A stretch of 64,000 bases of DNA from an uncultured Burkholderiales bacterium. Its GTDB lineage: Bacteria > Pseudomonadota > Gammaproteobacteria > Burkholderiales > SHXO01. The stretch covers positions 9,240 to 73,239 of the forward strand of contig CAZFYX010000072.1 in assembly GCA_964523885.1 (NCBI GenBank). The letters are read 5' to 3'. The translations under genes and the position numbers were made by a program. Shown piece after piece: positions 45,943 to 56,205 of the stretch; within the stretch, counting starts at the first letter, position 1, and every line of letters starts with the position of its first letter. The notes under the pieces are model-generated. The model had not been told where the DNA came from. It did not search any database and was given only the letters and a program-made list of their open reading frames with translations.

Positions 45943-47088
45943 ATGCCAGTGAGCCGCGTGATGGCGCAGGCGAGTGCCGCGCCGTCGCTGCTCGAGCGGC
46001 TGCGTGGCCTGCGCGATCGCCTGATCTCGAGCCCGGAGTTCCAGCGCCGGGCCATCGCCTTTCCCCTGACGCGATTCATCGCGCGGCGCCGCGCACGCGC
46101 GCTGTTCGACCTCGTCGCCGGCTTCGTCTATTCGCAGGTACTGCTCGCATGCGTGCGGCTGCACGTGTTCGAGATCCTGCGGCCCGGCCCGCTGCCCGCC
46201 CAGGAGATCGCACGGCGGCTCTCGCTGCCGCTGGGCTCGACCCTGCGGCTGCTCGAAGCGGCCGCGGCGGTGCAGCTGCTCGAAGTCCGACAGGGCGGGC
46301 AGTTCGGGCTGGGCGAGCTCGGGGCGGCGCTGCTCGGCAATCCCGGCATCGCCGCCATGGTGGAGCACCATGCCTTGCTCTATGCCGACCTGCAGGATCC
46401 GGTCGAGATGCTGCGCAAGGAGCGCGGCGATGGGGAACTGGCGCGCTTCTGGGCCTATGCGCGCGCGGCGCAGCCGGCGCAGCTGACCACCGCCCAGGTC
46501 AGTGCCTACACGCGCCTGATGTCCGCGTCGCAGCAGCTCGTGGCCGATGAGATCCTCGACGCATATCCGCCGCGCCGCCACCGCTGCCTGCTCGATGTCG
46601 GCGGGGGCGACGGCACCTTCCTGTGCGCCGCTGCGGCTCGCGCCCCGAACCTGCGGCTCATGCTGTTCGATCTGCCGGCCGTGGCGCAGAAGGCCCGCAC
46701 ACGCTTCTCGGCTGCGGGGCTCGCGGACCGCGCCAGCGTGACGGGCGGCAGCTTCCTGACTGATCCGCTGCCTGCGGGCGCGGACCTGGTCTCGCTGGTG
46801 CGGGTGATCCACGACCACGACGACGCCAGCGCGCTCGCCATCCTGCAGGCGGTGCGCCGGGCGCTCGAGCCTGGCGGGACGCTGCTGCTGGCCGAACCGA
46901 TGGCAGGGACCGCGGGCGCCGAAGCCATGGGCAGCGCGTACTTCGGCTGGTACCTGATGGCGATGGGCAGCGGGCGGCCGCGCACCCCGGACGAGCTGGG
47001 CGGAATGCTCCGCCGCGCCGGATTCCAGCACACGAAGGTGGTCCCGACGCGCGTGCCGCTGCAGACCCTGCTTCTCGTAGCGCATTGA
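45943..47088 (+). CDS. crtF: Demethylspheroidene O-methyltransferase
   Basis: 381 aa. SAM motif LLDVGGGDGTF; O-methyltransferase family 2; sits in the position crtE-crtF-bchC. Confidence 0.9.
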   Translation: MPVSRVMAQASAAPSLLERLRGLRDRLISSPEFQRRAIAFPLTRFIARRRARALFDLVAGFVYSQVLLACVRLHVFEILRPGPLPAQEIARRLSLPLGSTLRLLEAAAAVQLLEVRQGGQFGLGELGAALLGNPGIAAMVEHHALLYADLQDPVEMLRKERGDGELARFWAYARAAQPAQLTTAQVSAYTRLMSASQQLVADEILDAYPPRRHRCLLDVGGGDGTFLCAAAARAPNLRLMLFDLPAVAQKARTRFSAAGLADRASVTGGSFLTDPLPAGADLVSLVRVIHDHDDASALAILQAVRRALEPGGTLLLAEPMAGTAGAEAMGSAYFGWYLMAMGSGRPRTPDELGGMLRRAGFQHTKVVPTRVPLQTLLLVAH

Positions 47089-47146
47089 ACGTACAGGCTC
47101 TTTGTCCCGCAGGGCGGGACTGTCATGGCGGCTCGCACGGCCATTG

Positions 47147-47190
47147 TGTAAACATGACTTGACAGAGATATTCGTCACAGTAAACTGACA
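47147..47190. promoter_or_regulatory. PpsR/CrtJ-type operator pair upstream of bchC
   Basis: TGTAAACATGACTTGACA (47147-47164, perfect) and CGTCACAGTAAACTGACA (47173-47190, one mismatch), 8 bp apart and 37 bp upstream of the bchC ATG. Confidence 0.7.
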
Positions 47191-47226
47191 CCACTACCCG
47201 CTAATAGCCGCAGTCCCCTTTTGCCC

Positions 47227-48180
47227 ATGAACCCCCCATTGCATGCGCTGGCAGTCGTCCTCGAGGAGCCCGAGCGGCTCGGCTTGAGCCGCGTGCAGCT
47301 GCAGGAGCCGGGCGACGAGGACGTGGTCGTGCAGGTGGAGTGGAGCGGCATCAGCACCGGCACCGAGCGCCTGCTCTATACGGGCCGCATGCCCCCGTTC
47401 CCGGGACTGGGCTATCCGCTGGTGCCGGGCTACGAGTCGGTCGGCCGGGTGGCGGCCGCCGGCGCGCGCGCCCAGCGCCGCGTCGGCGAGCGCGTGTTCG
47501 TGCCGGGTTCGCGCGGCTTCAAGGATGTCCGCGGCCTGTTCGGCGGCGCAGCCCAGCGTCTGGTCGTGCCGGGTGCGCGCACTGTGACCGTGGATGAACG
47601 TCTCGGCGACCAGGCCGTGCTGCTCGCGCTGGCGGCCACCGCCTATCACGCGATTGCTGCGCCCGGTGCAGCGGCGCCCGATCTGATCATCGGTCACGGC
47701 GTGCTGGGCCGTCTGTTGGCTCGTGTCGCCATCGCCCGCGGCGGTCCCGCACCGACCGTGTGGGAGCGCAACGCGCAGCGCGCCGGTGGTGCCACCGGTT
47801 ACCAGGTGCTCGACCCGGCCGACGATCCGCGCAAGGACTATCGCGCGATCTACGACGTCAGCGGCGACGGCTCGTTGCTGGACAGCCTGATCGCGCGCCT
47901 CGCGCCGGGCGGCGAGATCGTCCTGGCCGGCTTCTATCACGAGCCGCTGTCGTTCGCGTTCCCGCCCGCGTTCATGCGCGAGGCCCGCATCCGCATCGCT
48001 GCCGAATGGCGCGAACCCGACCTGGTTGCCGTCAAGGCGCTGGCGGAATCCGGGGCGCTGTCGCTCGACGGCCTGGTCACCCACCGCCAGGAGGCGGCCG
48101 AGGCGGCCAGCGCCTACCGGACGGCGTTCAACGACCCGTCCTGCCTGAAGATGATCCTCGACTGGAGACAGTGCTCATGA
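47227..48180 (+). CDS. bchC: 3-hydroxyethyl (bacterio)chlorophyllide a dehydrogenase
   Basis: Frame of ORF 47221..48180; the track start is TTG and ATG 47227 is preferred. MDR-type motifs GISTGTERL and GYPLVPGYESVG. Confidence 0.92.
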   Translation: MNPPLHALAVVLEEPERLGLSRVQLQEPGDEDVVVQVEWSGISTGTERLLYTGRMPPFPGLGYPLVPGYESVGRVAAAGARAQRRVGERVFVPGSRGFKDVRGLFGGAAQRLVVPGARTVTVDERLGDQAVLLALAATAYHAIAAPGAAAPDLIIGHGVLGRLLARVAIARGGPAPTVWERNAQRAGGATGYQVLDPADDPRKDYRAIYDVSGDGSLLDSLIARLAPGGEIVLAGFYHEPLSFAFPPAFMREARIRIAAEWREPDLVAVKALAESGALSLDGLVTHRQEAAEAASAYRTAFNDPSCLKMILDWRQCS

Positions 48181-49199
48181 CCCCGACCCCGGGCAGCGCG
48201 GCCGCGACCGTGTTCCTGCAGACCATGAAGAGCCAGCTCCGCGCCGAGGCTGCGGTCGAGCCAAACCCCGTGCACACCGGGCCGGTGAAGAAGGAAACGC
48301 AGATCATCGCGATCTACGGCAAGGGCGGCATCGGCAAGAGCTTCACGCTGGCCAACCTGTCGTACATGATGGCCCAGTTGGGCAAGCGGGTGCTCCTCAT
48401 CGGCTGCGATCCTAAGAGCGACACCACCTCCCTGTTGTTCGGCGGGCGGGCCTGCCCGACGATCATCGAGACCTCGTCGAAGAAGAAGCTCGCCGGCGAG
48501 CCGGTGCAGATCGGCGACGTCTGCTTCAAGCGCGACGGCGTGTTCGCCATGGAGCTGGGCGGGCCCGAAGTGGGCCGCGGGTGCGGTGGCCGCGGGATCA
48601 TCCACGGCTTCGAGACCATGGAGAAGCTCGGCTTCCACGACTGGGGCTTCGACTACGTCCTGCTCGACTTCCTCGGCGACGTGGTGTGCGGCGGGTTCGG
48701 CCTGCCGATCGCCCGTGACATGTGCCAGAAGGTCATCGTGGTCGGCTCCAACGACCTGCAGTCCCTCTACGTGGCCAACAACGTCTGCTCCGCGGTGGAG
48801 TACTTCCGCAAGCTCGGCGGCAACGTCGGCGTTGCCGGCTTGGTGGTGAACAAGGACGACAACACCGGCGAGGCCCAGGCCTTCGCCAACGCGGTCGGGA
48901 TCCCGGTGCTCGCATCCATCCCCGCCAACGAGGACATCCGCCGCAAGAGCGCCAACTACGAGATCATCGGCCGCCCCGGCGGCCAGTGGGGGCCGCTGTT
49001 CGAGCAGCTTGCCACCAACGTGGCCGAAGCGCCCCCCATGCATCCCAAGCCCCTCAGCCAGGACGGACTGCTGGGGTTGTTCAAGGGTGATGCCGTGGGC
49101 CGCGACTACGTGCTCCAGCCGGCGACCCAGGAAGACATGTGCGGCGGCATCGTCACGGCGAAGCCGACGCTGGAAGTGATCTATGACGACGCCGTCTGA
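48177..49199 (+). CDS. bchX: Chlorophyllide a reductase iron protein subunit X
   Basis: Real part of ORF 47760..49199. ATG 48177 overlaps the bchC stop (ATGA). Has the NifH-like P-loop IYGKGGIGKSF and the cluster Cys region CGGFG. Confidence 0.95.
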   Translation: MTPTPGSAAATVFLQTMKSQLRAEAAVEPNPVHTGPVKKETQIIAIYGKGGIGKSFTLANLSYMMAQLGKRVLLIGCDPKSDTTSLLFGGRACPTIIETSSKKKLAGEPVQIGDVCFKRDGVFAMELGGPEVGRGCGGRGIIHGFETMEKLGFHDWGFDYVLLDFLGDVVCGGFGLPIARDMCQKVIVVGSNDLQSLYVANNVCSAVEYFRKLGGNVGVAGLVVNKDDNTGEAQAFANAVGIPVLASIPANEDIRRKSANYEIIGRPGGQWGPLFEQLATNVAEAPPMHPKPLSQDGLLGLFKGDAVGRDYVLQPATQEDMCGGIVTAKPTLEVIYDDAV

Positions 49200-50799
49200 C
49201 ACCGCGCCCATGGCCGGCGGCGAAGTCGTCTACGACGGTGCCGCAGAGGCCAGGATCGACAACCCTGAGCCGGCACCGGCCGCCCAGCGGGTGATTCCGA
49301 TCATGCCTGCTGCGACCGCCACTGACGGTCTGGGTTGCCATGCCGGCAAGGAAGAGATGCAGCGCGCTGCCGCAGCCGCCGGCAAGAGCGAGACGCTCGC
49401 GCGCTACGCGCAGGACTATCCGCAGGGACCGCACGACCAGCCGCAGAGCATGTGCCCGGCCTTCGGCTCGCTGCGCGTGGGACTGCGGATGCGCCGCACC
49501 GCGACCATCCTGTCGGGTTCCGCCTGCTGCGTGTACGGGCTGACCTTCACCTCGCACTTCTACGGCGCGCGCCGCACGGTCGGCTACGTGCCGTTCAACT
49601 CCGAGACGCTGGTCACCGGCAAGCTGTTCGAGGACATCCGCGACGCCGTCTACAAGCTCGCCGACCCGGAGAAGTACGACACGGTGGTCATCACCAACCT
49701 GTGCGTGCCGACCGCGTCCGGCGTTCCGTTGCAGCTCCTGCCGAAGGAGATCAACGGCGTGCGCATCATCGGCATCGACGTGCCGGGCTTCGGCGTGCCG
49801 ACGCATGCGGAAGCCAAGGACGTGCTCGCCGGTGCGATGCTCAAGTACGCACGCAACGAAGCCGAGCAGGGTCCGGTGCAGGCGCCCCGTGGCGGCCGCA
49901 GCCAGAAGCCGACGGTGACGCTGCTGGGTGAGATGTTTCCCGCCGATCCGGTGGGCATCGGGATGATGCTGGAGCCGATGGGCCTCGCCGCCGGCCCCGT
50001 CGTGCCGACCCGGGAGTGGCGGGAGCTGTATGCCGCGCTCGATGGTGCGGTGGTCGCGGCGATCCACCCCTTCTACACCGCGTCGATCCGGGAGTTCGAG
50101 GCTGCAGGCCGGCCGATCGTCGGGTCCGCCCCGGTCGGGTACGACGGCACCGCCGCCTGGCTCGATGCAATCGGCGAAGCCTGTGACGTCCCGCGCACAC
50201 GCATCGATGCGGCCAAGAACCGGATGCTGCCGGCGATCCAGGGCGCACTGGCGAAGATGCCGGTGAAGGGGCGCATCACGCTGTCGGGCTACGAGGGCTC
50301 GGAGCTGCTGGTTGCCCGCCTGCTGATCGAAAGCGGCGCGGATGTGCGCTATGTCGGCACCGCCTGTCCGCGCACGCGCTGGTCGGATCCCGATCGCGAG
50401 TGGCTCGAGGCGAAGGGCATCCGCGTGCAGTACCGCGCCTCGCTCGAGCAGGACATCGCCGCAGTGGAGGAATTCACCCCCGACCTGGCGATCGGCACCA
50501 CGCCGGTGGTGCAGAAGGCCAAGTCGATGGCGATCCCCGGCCTGTACTTCACCAACCTGATCTCGGCCCGTCCGCTGATGGGACCGGCCGGGGCGGGATC
50601 GCTGGCCCAGGTGGTCAACGCGGCGATGGGCAGCAAGGCGCGCTTCGACGAGATGAAGGCCTTCTTCGAGGGCGTGGGCGAGGGCGACACCGCCGGGGTG
50701 TGGGAGGACGTGCCGCAGACGCATCCGGAGTTCCGCGAGCAGTACCGCAAGCGCGTGGCCAAGCTGGCCAAGGCGCGCAAGGCCGAGGAGATGATCTGA
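49183..50799 (+). CDS. bchY: Chlorophyllide a reductase subunit Y
   Basis: 538 aa, NifD/BchN-like ([29 protein letters not shown]). Overlaps the bchX end by 17 nt. Confidence 0.93.
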   Translation: MTTPSDTAPMAGGEVVYDGAAEARIDNPEPAPAAQRVIPIMPAATATDGLGCHAGKEEMQRAAAAAGKSETLARYAQDYPQGPHDQPQSMCPAFGSLRVGLRMRRTATILSGSACCVYGLTFTSHFYGARRTVGYVPFNSETLVTGKLFEDIRDAVYKLADPEKYDTVVITNLCVPTASGVPLQLLPKEINGVRIIGIDVPGFGVPTHAEAKDVLAGAMLKYARNEAEQGPVQAPRGGRSQKPTVTLLGEMFPADPVGIGMMLEPMGLAAGPVVPTREWRELYAALDGAVVAAIHPFYTASIREFEAAGRPIVGSAPVGYDGTAAWLDAIGEACDVPRTRIDAAKNRMLPAIQGALAKMPVKGRITLSGYEGSELLVARLLIESGADVRYVGTACPRTRWSDPDREWLEAKGIRVQYRASLEQDIAAVEEFTPDLAIGTTPVVQKAKSMAIPGLYFTNLISARPLMGPAGAGSLAQVVNAAMGSKARFDEMKAFFEGVGEGDTAGVWEDVPQTHPEFREQYRKRVAKLAKARKAEEMI

Positions 50800-52250
50800 T
50801 GCTGGTCCTCGACCACGATCGCGCGGGCGGCTACTGGGGCTCGGTGTACGTCTTCACCGCGGTGAAGGGGCTGCAGGTGATCATCGATGGCCCGGTGGGC
50901 TGCGAGAACCTGCCGGTCACCTCGGTGCTGCACTACACCGACGCGCTGCCGCCGCACGAGCTGCCGATCGTGGTCACGGGCCTGGGCGAGGAGGAGCTCG
51001 GGCAGCACGGCACCGAGGGGGCGATGAAGCGCGCGCATCGGACGCTCGACCCCGACCTGCCGGCCGTGGTGGTGACCGGATCGATCGCGGAGATGATCGG
51101 CGGCGGCGTCACACCCGAAGGCACCAACATCCAGCGCTTCCTGCCGCGCACGATCGACGAGGACCAGTGGCAGAGCGGCAACCGCGCGATGTCCTGGCTG
51201 TGGACGCAGTACGGGCTCAAGCGCATCCCCGAGCGCAAGCCGCGGGCGGAAGGCGAGAAGCCGCGGGTGAACATCATCGGCCCGAGCTACGGCACCTTCA
51301 ACATGCCGTCCGACCTGCACGAGATCCGCCGGCTGGTCGAGGGCATCGGCGCCGAGGTGAACCTGGCGTTCCCGCTCGGCACGCACCTCTCGGAGATCCC
51401 GAAGCTCGCGGACGCGGACGTGAACATCTGCATGTACCGCGAGTTCGGCCGCCTGCTGTGCGAGCAGCTCGAGCGGCCCTACCTGCAGGCACCGATCGGC
51501 CTGCACAGCACGACCAAGTTCCTACGCAAGCTGGGCGAGCTGCTCGGGCTGGATCCCGAGCCGTTCATCGAGCGCGAGAAGCACACCACCATCAAGCCGC
51601 TGTGGGACCTGTGGCGCTCGGTCACGCAGGACTTCTTCGGCACCGCCAGCTTCGCGATCGTGGCGAGCGAGACCTACGCACGTGGCGTGCGCCACTTCCT
51701 CGAGAGCGAGCTGGGCCTGCCCTGTACGTTCTCCTTCGCGCGCCGGCCGGGCGTCAAGCCGGACAACGAGGCGGTGCGCCAGGCGGTGCGCGAGAAGACG
51801 CCGCTGGTGCTGTTCGGCAGCTACAACGAGCGCATGTACCTCGCGGAAGCCGGTGCGCGCGCCATGTACATCCCGGCGTCGTTCCCGGGCGCGATTATCC
51901 GCCGCCACACCGGCACGCCGTTCATGGGCTACTCCGGCGCCACCTACCTGGTGCAGGAGGTGTGCAACGCGCTGTTCGATGCGCTGTTCCACATCCTCCC
52001 GCTGGGCACCGAGCTGGACAAGGTGGAAGCAACCCCGTCGCGCCTGCACGAGGAGCTGCCCTGGGATGACGACGCCAAGGCCGCGCTCGACGCGCTGGTC
52101 GACTCCCAGCCGGTGCTCGTGCGCATCTCAGCTGCCAAGCGGCTGCGCGACGAGGCCGAGCGTGCGGCGCGCCAGGCCGGCGCGACGCGGGTGAGCATCG
52201 TGCACGTTGCACCGGAGCGTCCGGTGCAGAAGGCCAGGCAACCGGCATGA
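50799..52250 (+). CDS. bchZ: Chlorophyllide a reductase subunit Z
   Basis: Real part of ORF 50400..52250. ATG 50799 overlaps the bch[43 protein letters not shown] is BchZ-typical. Confidence 0.93.
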   Translation: MLVLDHDRAGGYWGSVYVFTAVKGLQVIIDGPVGCENLPVTSVLHYTDALPPHELPIVVTGLGEEELGQHGTEGAMKRAHRTLDPDLPAVVVTGSIAEMIGGGVTPEGTNIQRFLPRTIDEDQWQSGNRAMSWLWTQYGLKRIPERKPRAEGEKPRVNIIGPSYGTFNMPSDLHEIRRLVEGIGAEVNLAFPLGTHLSEIPKLADADVNICMYREFGRLLCEQLERPYLQAPIGLHSTTKFLRKLGELLGLDPEPFIEREKHTTIKPLWDLWRSVTQDFFGTASFAIVASETYARGVRHFLESELGLPCTFSFARRPGVKPDNEAVRQAVREKTPLVLFGSYNERMYLAEAGARAMYIPASFPGAIIRRHTGTPFMGYSGATYLVQEVCNALFDALFHILPLGTELDKVEATPSRLHEELPWDDDAKAALDALVDSQPVLVRISAAKRLRDEAERAARQAGATRVSIVHVAPERPVQKARQPA

Positions 52251-52313
52251 GCCCGCTGGCGTCCTTCCCCACGAATTCAGCGGTCCGGCCCTGTGCCGCG
52301 ACCCGTCAACTAA

Positions 52314-52391
52314 CTGCCCGGTGCCGTCGGGCAGGCAGTGCGCCGTGGCATGCAGTCGCCGCGGCGGTCCCAGACGCGCAGTCCCTGCGCG
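52314..52391 (+). promoter_or_regulatory. Two stem-loops in the bchZ-pufB leader
   Basis: CTGCCCG-GTGCCGT-CGGGCAG (52314-52334) and CGCGCAG-TCC-CTGCGCG (52375-52391). The SD ACGGAGGG follows before the pufB ATG at 52426. Confidence 0.5.
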
Positions 52392-52425
52392 GGTGTACGG
52401 CTAGGCAAAAACGGAGGGCCAAGTA

Positions 52426-52659
52426 ATGGCTGATTCAAAGCAGGACGCCTCACTCTCGGGATTGAGCGACTCTGAGGCGAGGGAGTTTCACGCGATCTTC
52501 ATGACCAGCTTCATCGTGTTCCTGATCATCGCCATCGTCGCTCACCTGCTCGTGTGGCAATGGCGCCCGTGGCTTCCGGGCGTGCAGGGCTACGCGTCGC
52601 TGGTTGACGGCGTGAAGGCAGCGGTTCACACCGTCATGCCCTACGTCTACATGGCATAG
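52426..52659 (+). CDS. pufB: Light-harvesting 1 beta polypeptide with a long C-terminal extension
   Basis: 77 aa. [41 protein letters not shown] is the LH beta core with the BChl-ligand His. 25 further residues follow it. Confidence 0.9.
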   Translation: MADSKQDASLSGLSDSEAREFHAIFMTSFIVFLIIAIVAHLLVWQWRPWLPGVQGYASLVDGVKAAVHTVMPYVYMA

Positions 52660-52670
52660 GAGAAATAGAA

Positions 52671-52892
52671 ATGTGGCGTATCTGGCTTTTGTTCGATCCG
52701 CGCAGAACCCTGGTGGCACTGTTCACCTTCCTGTTCGCGCTCGCGCTTCTGATCCACTTCATCCTGCTGTCCACGGACCGCTTCAACTGGCTCGATGGCC
52801 CGCGGCACGCGCGCCCGGCAGCCAAGGCAGCGGCGATGGAGCCGGCGCACGAGAAAGTGGCGGCCGTCCAGACCGGCACGGCAGTCAGATAG
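52671..52892 (+). CDS. pufA: Light-harvesting 1 alpha polypeptide with an Ala/Pro-rich C-terminal extension
   Basis: 73 aa. [41 protein letters not shown] is the LH alpha core. Confidence 0.92.
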   Translation: MWRIWLLFDPRRTLVALFTFLFALALLIHFILLSTDRFNWLDGPRHARPAAKAAAMEPAHEKVAAVQTGTAVR

Positions 52893-52909
52893 CGTTGGTG
52901 GAAGACCGA

Positions 52910-52985
52910 CGCGGGTGAGAGCCCTCACCGGGCTCCCACCCGCGCCGCCAGGCGGTGAGCAAGAGGTGGCAGGTCCGCGACCTGC
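52910..52985 (+). promoter_or_regulatory. pufA-pufL intercistronic stem-loops
   Basis: The outer stem CGCGGGTG...CACCCGCG (52910-52944) encloses GGTGAG-AGCC-CTCACC. A second hairpin is GCAGGTC-CGC-GACCTGC (52969-52985). The SD GGGAGGA follows before the pufL ATG at 53004. Confidence 0.6.
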
Positions 52986-53003
52986 GGCGGGAGGAATCGA
53001 CAG

Positions 53004-53831
53004 ATGTCCATGCTCAGTTTCGAGAAAAAATACCGCGTCCGTGGCGGGACGCTGATCGGCGGTGACCTGTTCGACTTCTGGGTAGGGCCGTTCTACGTCG
53101 GATTCTTCGGCGTGACGACGCTGTTCTTCTCGGTGTTGGGGACGCTGCTCATCATCTACGGCGCCTCGCAGGGTCCGACCTGGAACCTGTGGGCGATCAA
53201 CATCGAGCCGCCGGACCTCAAGTACGGCCTGGGGCTCGCTCCGCTCCTGGAGGGCGGTCTGTGGCAGATCATCACGATCTGCGCGACCGGCGCCTTCGTG
53301 TCGTGGGCGCTGCGCGAAGTCGAGATCTGCCGCAAGCTCGGCATCGGCTACCACGTGCCGGTGGCCTTCTCGTTCGCGATCGGCGCGTACGTGACGCTGG
53401 TGGTGATCCGGCCGCTGCTGCTCGGCGCCTGGGGTCACGGCTTTCCGTACGGCATTCTCAGTCACCTGGACTGGGTGTCGAACGTCGGATACCAGTACCT
53501 GCATTTCCACTACAACCCGGCGCACATGCTGGCGATCTCGTTCTTCTTCACCACCTGCCTGGCGCTGGCGCTGCACGGATCGCTGATCCTGTCCTGCGTC
53601 AACCCGAAGAAGGGCGAGGTGATCAAGACCGCCGAGTACGAGAACACCTTCTTCCGCGACGCTGTCGGCTACTCGATCGGCGCACTGGGGATCCACAGGC
53701 TGGGTCTGTTCCTGGCGCTGTCGGCCGTGTTCTGGAGCGCGGTATGCATCGTGATCAGCGGCCCGTTCTGGACTCGCGGGTGGCCCGAATGGTGGAACTG
53801 GTGGCTCGAGCTGCCGGTCTGGAAGCTGTAG
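53004..53831 (+). CDS. pufL: Photosynthetic reaction centre L subunit
   Basis: 275 aa. [40 protein letters not shown] and [12 protein letters not shown] are unmistakably PufL. Confidence 0.97.
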   Translation: MSMLSFEKKYRVRGGTLIGGDLFDFWVGPFYVGFFGVTTLFFSVLGTLLIIYGASQGPTWNLWAINIEPPDLKYGLGLAPLLEGGLWQIITICATGAFVSWALREVEICRKLGIGYHVPVAFSFAIGAYVTLVVIRPLLLGAWGHGFPYGILSHLDWVSNVGYQYLHFHYNPAHMLAISFFFTTCLALALHGSLILSCVNPKKGEVIKTAEYENTFFRDAVGYSIGALGIHRLGLFLALSAVFWSAVCIVISGPFWTRGWPEWWNWWLELPVWKL

Positions 53832-53846
53832 GGCGAGGAGAGAACA

Positions 53847-54827
53847 ATGGCTGAATACCAGAACATCTTCACCCGGGTGCAGGTGCGGGCGGCCGCGCCC
53901 TACCAGGGGGTGGCGCTGCCCAGCGGTGCCTATCCGCGGTCCTTCAAGGGCGGCTTCAACTACTGGCTGGGAGTGATCGGCGATGCCCAGATCGGCCCGC
54001 TGTACCTGGGCTGGTTCGGCATGGCCTCGCTGCTCTTCGGCTTCATCGCATTCGAGATCATCGGGCTGAACATGTTCGCCTCGGTGAACTGGGATCCGAT
54101 CCAGTTCATCCGCCAGCTGCCATGGCTGGCGCTGGAGCCGCCGAAACCGGAGTACGGGCTGTCGATCCCGCCGCTGAGCGAAGGCGGCTGGTGGCTGATG
54201 GCAGGCTTCTTCCTCACCACCTCGATCCTGCTGTGGTGGGTGCGGATGTACCGGCGCGCGCGGGCGCTCGGGATGGGCACGCACGTGGCGTGGGCGTTCG
54301 CCGCCGCAATCTGGCTCTACCTGGTGCTCGGCTTCATCCGCCCGGTGCTGATGGGAAACTGGGGCGAGGCAGTGCCGTTCGGCATCTTCCCGCATCTGGA
54401 CTGGACGGCGGCGTTCTCGATCCGCTACGGCAACCTGTTCTACAACCCGTTCCACATGCTCTCGATTGCATTCCTGTACGGCTCGGCGCTGCTGTTCGCC
54501 ATGCACGGCGGCACGATCCTGGCGACCAGCTACATGGGTGCGGAGCGCGAGCTCGAGCAGATCACGGACCGGGGCACCGCGGCCGAGCGCGGCGCGCTGT
54601 TCTGGCGCTGGACGATGGGTTTCAACGCCACCATCGAGTCGATCCACCGCTGGGCCTGGTGGTTCGCGGTGCTGTGCCCGCTGACCGGCGGCATCGGCAT
54701 CCTGCTCTCGGGCACCGTGGTGGACAACTGGTACCTGTGGGGCGTCAAGCACGGCATCGCGCCGATGTATCCGCACGTGTTCCCGCCGGTGATCGATCCC
54801 TCGACCATGCAGGGAGTGTCGCAATGA
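53847..54827 (+). CDS. pufM: Photosynthetic reaction centre M subunit
   Basis: 326 aa. [41 protein letters not shown] and WAWWFAV are PufM motifs. Confidence 0.97.
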   Translation: MAEYQNIFTRVQVRAAAPYQGVALPSGAYPRSFKGGFNYWLGVIGDAQIGPLYLGWFGMASLLFGFIAFEIIGLNMFASVNWDPIQFIRQLPWLALEPPKPEYGLSIPPLSEGGWWLMAGFFLTTSILLWWVRMYRRARALGMGTHVAWAFAAAIWLYLVLGFIRPVLMGNWGEAVPFGIFPHLDWTAAFSIRYGNLFYNPFHMLSIAFLYGSALLFAMHGGTILATSYMGAERELEQITDRGTAAERGALFWRWTMGFNATIESIHRWAWWFAVLCPLTGGIGILLSGTVVDNWYLWGVKHGIAPMYPHVFPPVIDPSTMQGVSQ

Positions 54828-56179
54828 GCCTGTCCACCAGAACATCGCTGCTCCTCGTGCCGCTGGCTGCGGCTGCGATCCTCGCGGGGTGCGAGGCCCC
54901 GCCGATGGACTCCAAGCAACAGGGCTTCCGCGGGACTGGCATGGTGCAGATCACCAACCCCCGCCTGGCGGCATTGAAGGAGGAGGCGAACGTCGTCCCC
55001 GCGACGCTCGATCCGGCCGCGCCCGGCGGGCCGAAGGCAGCGCAGGCGTTCAAGAACGTGCAGGTGCTCGGCGACCTCAGCGGCGGCGAGTTCACCCGCA
55101 CGATGCTGGCGATCACCGAGTGGGTGGCGCCGGAGCAGGGCTGCGCCTACTGTCACGAGGGCGCCGACTTCGCCGCCGACACGCTCTACACCAAGAAGGT
55201 GGCGCGGCGGATGCTGCAGATGACCCGTCATATCAACAGCGACTGGAACTCACACGTCGCCCAGACCGGCGTCACCTGCTACACCTGCCATCGCGGCAAG
55301 CCGGTTCCCGCCAACACCTGGACGATCGCTCCGCCCTCGGATCACGACGGTCTCTACGTCGGTGCGCTCAACGGCCAGAACCTCGCCGCATCCACGGTCG
55401 GCTACACCTCGATGCCGTTCGATCCCTTCACGCTGTTCCTGCAGCAGAAGGGCGAGCTCCGCGTGGTCTCCGACACGGCGCTGCCGGCCGGCAGCAAGCG
55501 CAATATCAAGGAGACCGAGGCGACCTACGGGTTGATGATGTACATCTCCGGCGCGCTGGGCGAGAACTGCACCTTCTGCCACAACAGCCGCTCCTTCAAG
55601 GAGTGGGAGCAGAGCTCGCCAGCTCGGATCACCGCCTGGCATGGGATCCGGATGGTGCGCGACCTCAACAACGCCTACATCGATCCGCTAAAGTCCGACC
55701 TTCCGCCCAAGCGGCTGGGCCCGCTCGGAGACGCGCCGAAGGCTGCGTGCGCCACCTGCCACAACGGTGTCAACAAGCCGCTGTACGGTGCCGCGATGGC
55801 GAAGGAGTACCCGGCAATGGGCCTGGCCCCGGCCGGCGCGGCTCCCGCAAAGAGCGCGGCCGCGAGCGACGCGATCGGAAAGGTGCTGTTCGCGACGGGC
55901 AAGAGCGAGATGTCCGGCGATGCGCAGCAGCAGATCGCAGCCGCCGCCCAGTACCTCACCGCGCATGCCGGGTCCAACGTCGCGCTGTCCGGCTATGCCG
56001 ACAAGAGCGGCAATGCGCAAAAGAATCTCGAACTGGCCAAGCAGCGCGCCTTCGCGGTGCGCGATGCGCTGAAGTCCGCGGGCGTCGCGGAGCAGCGCAT
56101 CGAGCTGCGCAAGCCCCAGTTCGTTATCGGCGAAGCCGTGGCGGATGCCCGGCGCGTCGATATCCTCGCAGTGCAGTAG
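54824..56179 (+). CDS. pufC: Reaction-centre tetrahaem cytochrome c subunit (lipoprotein) with an added C-terminal OmpA/MotB-like domain
   Basis: Real part of ORF 54122..56179. ATG 54824 overlaps the pufM stop (ATGA). Lipobox ILAGC. Four CxxCH motifs (CAYCH, CYTCH, CTFCH, CATCH). After the usual end (KEYPAMG) come an Ala/Pro linker and a 99-aa OmpA_C-like segment (55880-56176). Confidence 0.93.
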   Translation: MSLSTRTSLLLVPLAAAAILAGCEAPPMDSKQQGFRGTGMVQITNPRLAALKEEANVVPATLDPAAPGGPKAAQAFKNVQVLGDLSGGEFTRTMLAITEWVAPEQGCAYCHEGADFAADTLYTKKVARRMLQMTRHINSDWNSHVAQTGVTCYTCHRGKPVPANTWTIAPPSDHDGLYVGALNGQNLAASTVGYTSMPFDPFTLFLQQKGELRVVSDTALPAGSKRNIKETEATYGLMMYISGALGENCTFCHNSRSFKEWEQSSPARITAWHGIRMVRDLNNAYIDPLKSDLPPKRLGPLGDAPKAACATCHNGVNKPLYGAAMAKEYPAMGLAPAGAAPAKSAAASDAIGKVLFATGKSEMSGDAQQQIAAAAQYLTAHAGSNVALSGYADKSGNAQKNLELAKQRAFAVRDALKSAGVAEQRIELRKPQFVIGEAVADARRVDILAVQ

Positions 56180-56205
56180 CGCCCCCCGGCGCGACTTGCG
56201 TTGAA

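Noticed and set aside
47104-47120. Hairpin after crtF as a rho-independent terminator
   Set aside because: It is a 7-bp GC stem with no following T-run, so it is not called a terminator. It is mentioned in the bchC-promoter finding as compatible with read-through.
52251-52425. pufQ-like or pufX-like small ORFs around the puf operon
   Set aside because: The 175-bp bchZ-pufB spacer and the short puf intergenic gaps contain no ORF with a start, an SD and a hydrophobic helix. Only RNA hairpins are seen.
54122-54823. N-terminal 234 codons of track ORF 54122..56179
   Set aside because: This is an alternative frame across pufM. The real pufC starts at 54824 with a lipoprotein signal peptide.
52647-54845. 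732-aa minus-strand ORF across pufA-pufL-pufM
   Set aside because: It is antisense to unmistakable reaction-centre genes and is a spurious GC-rich frame.
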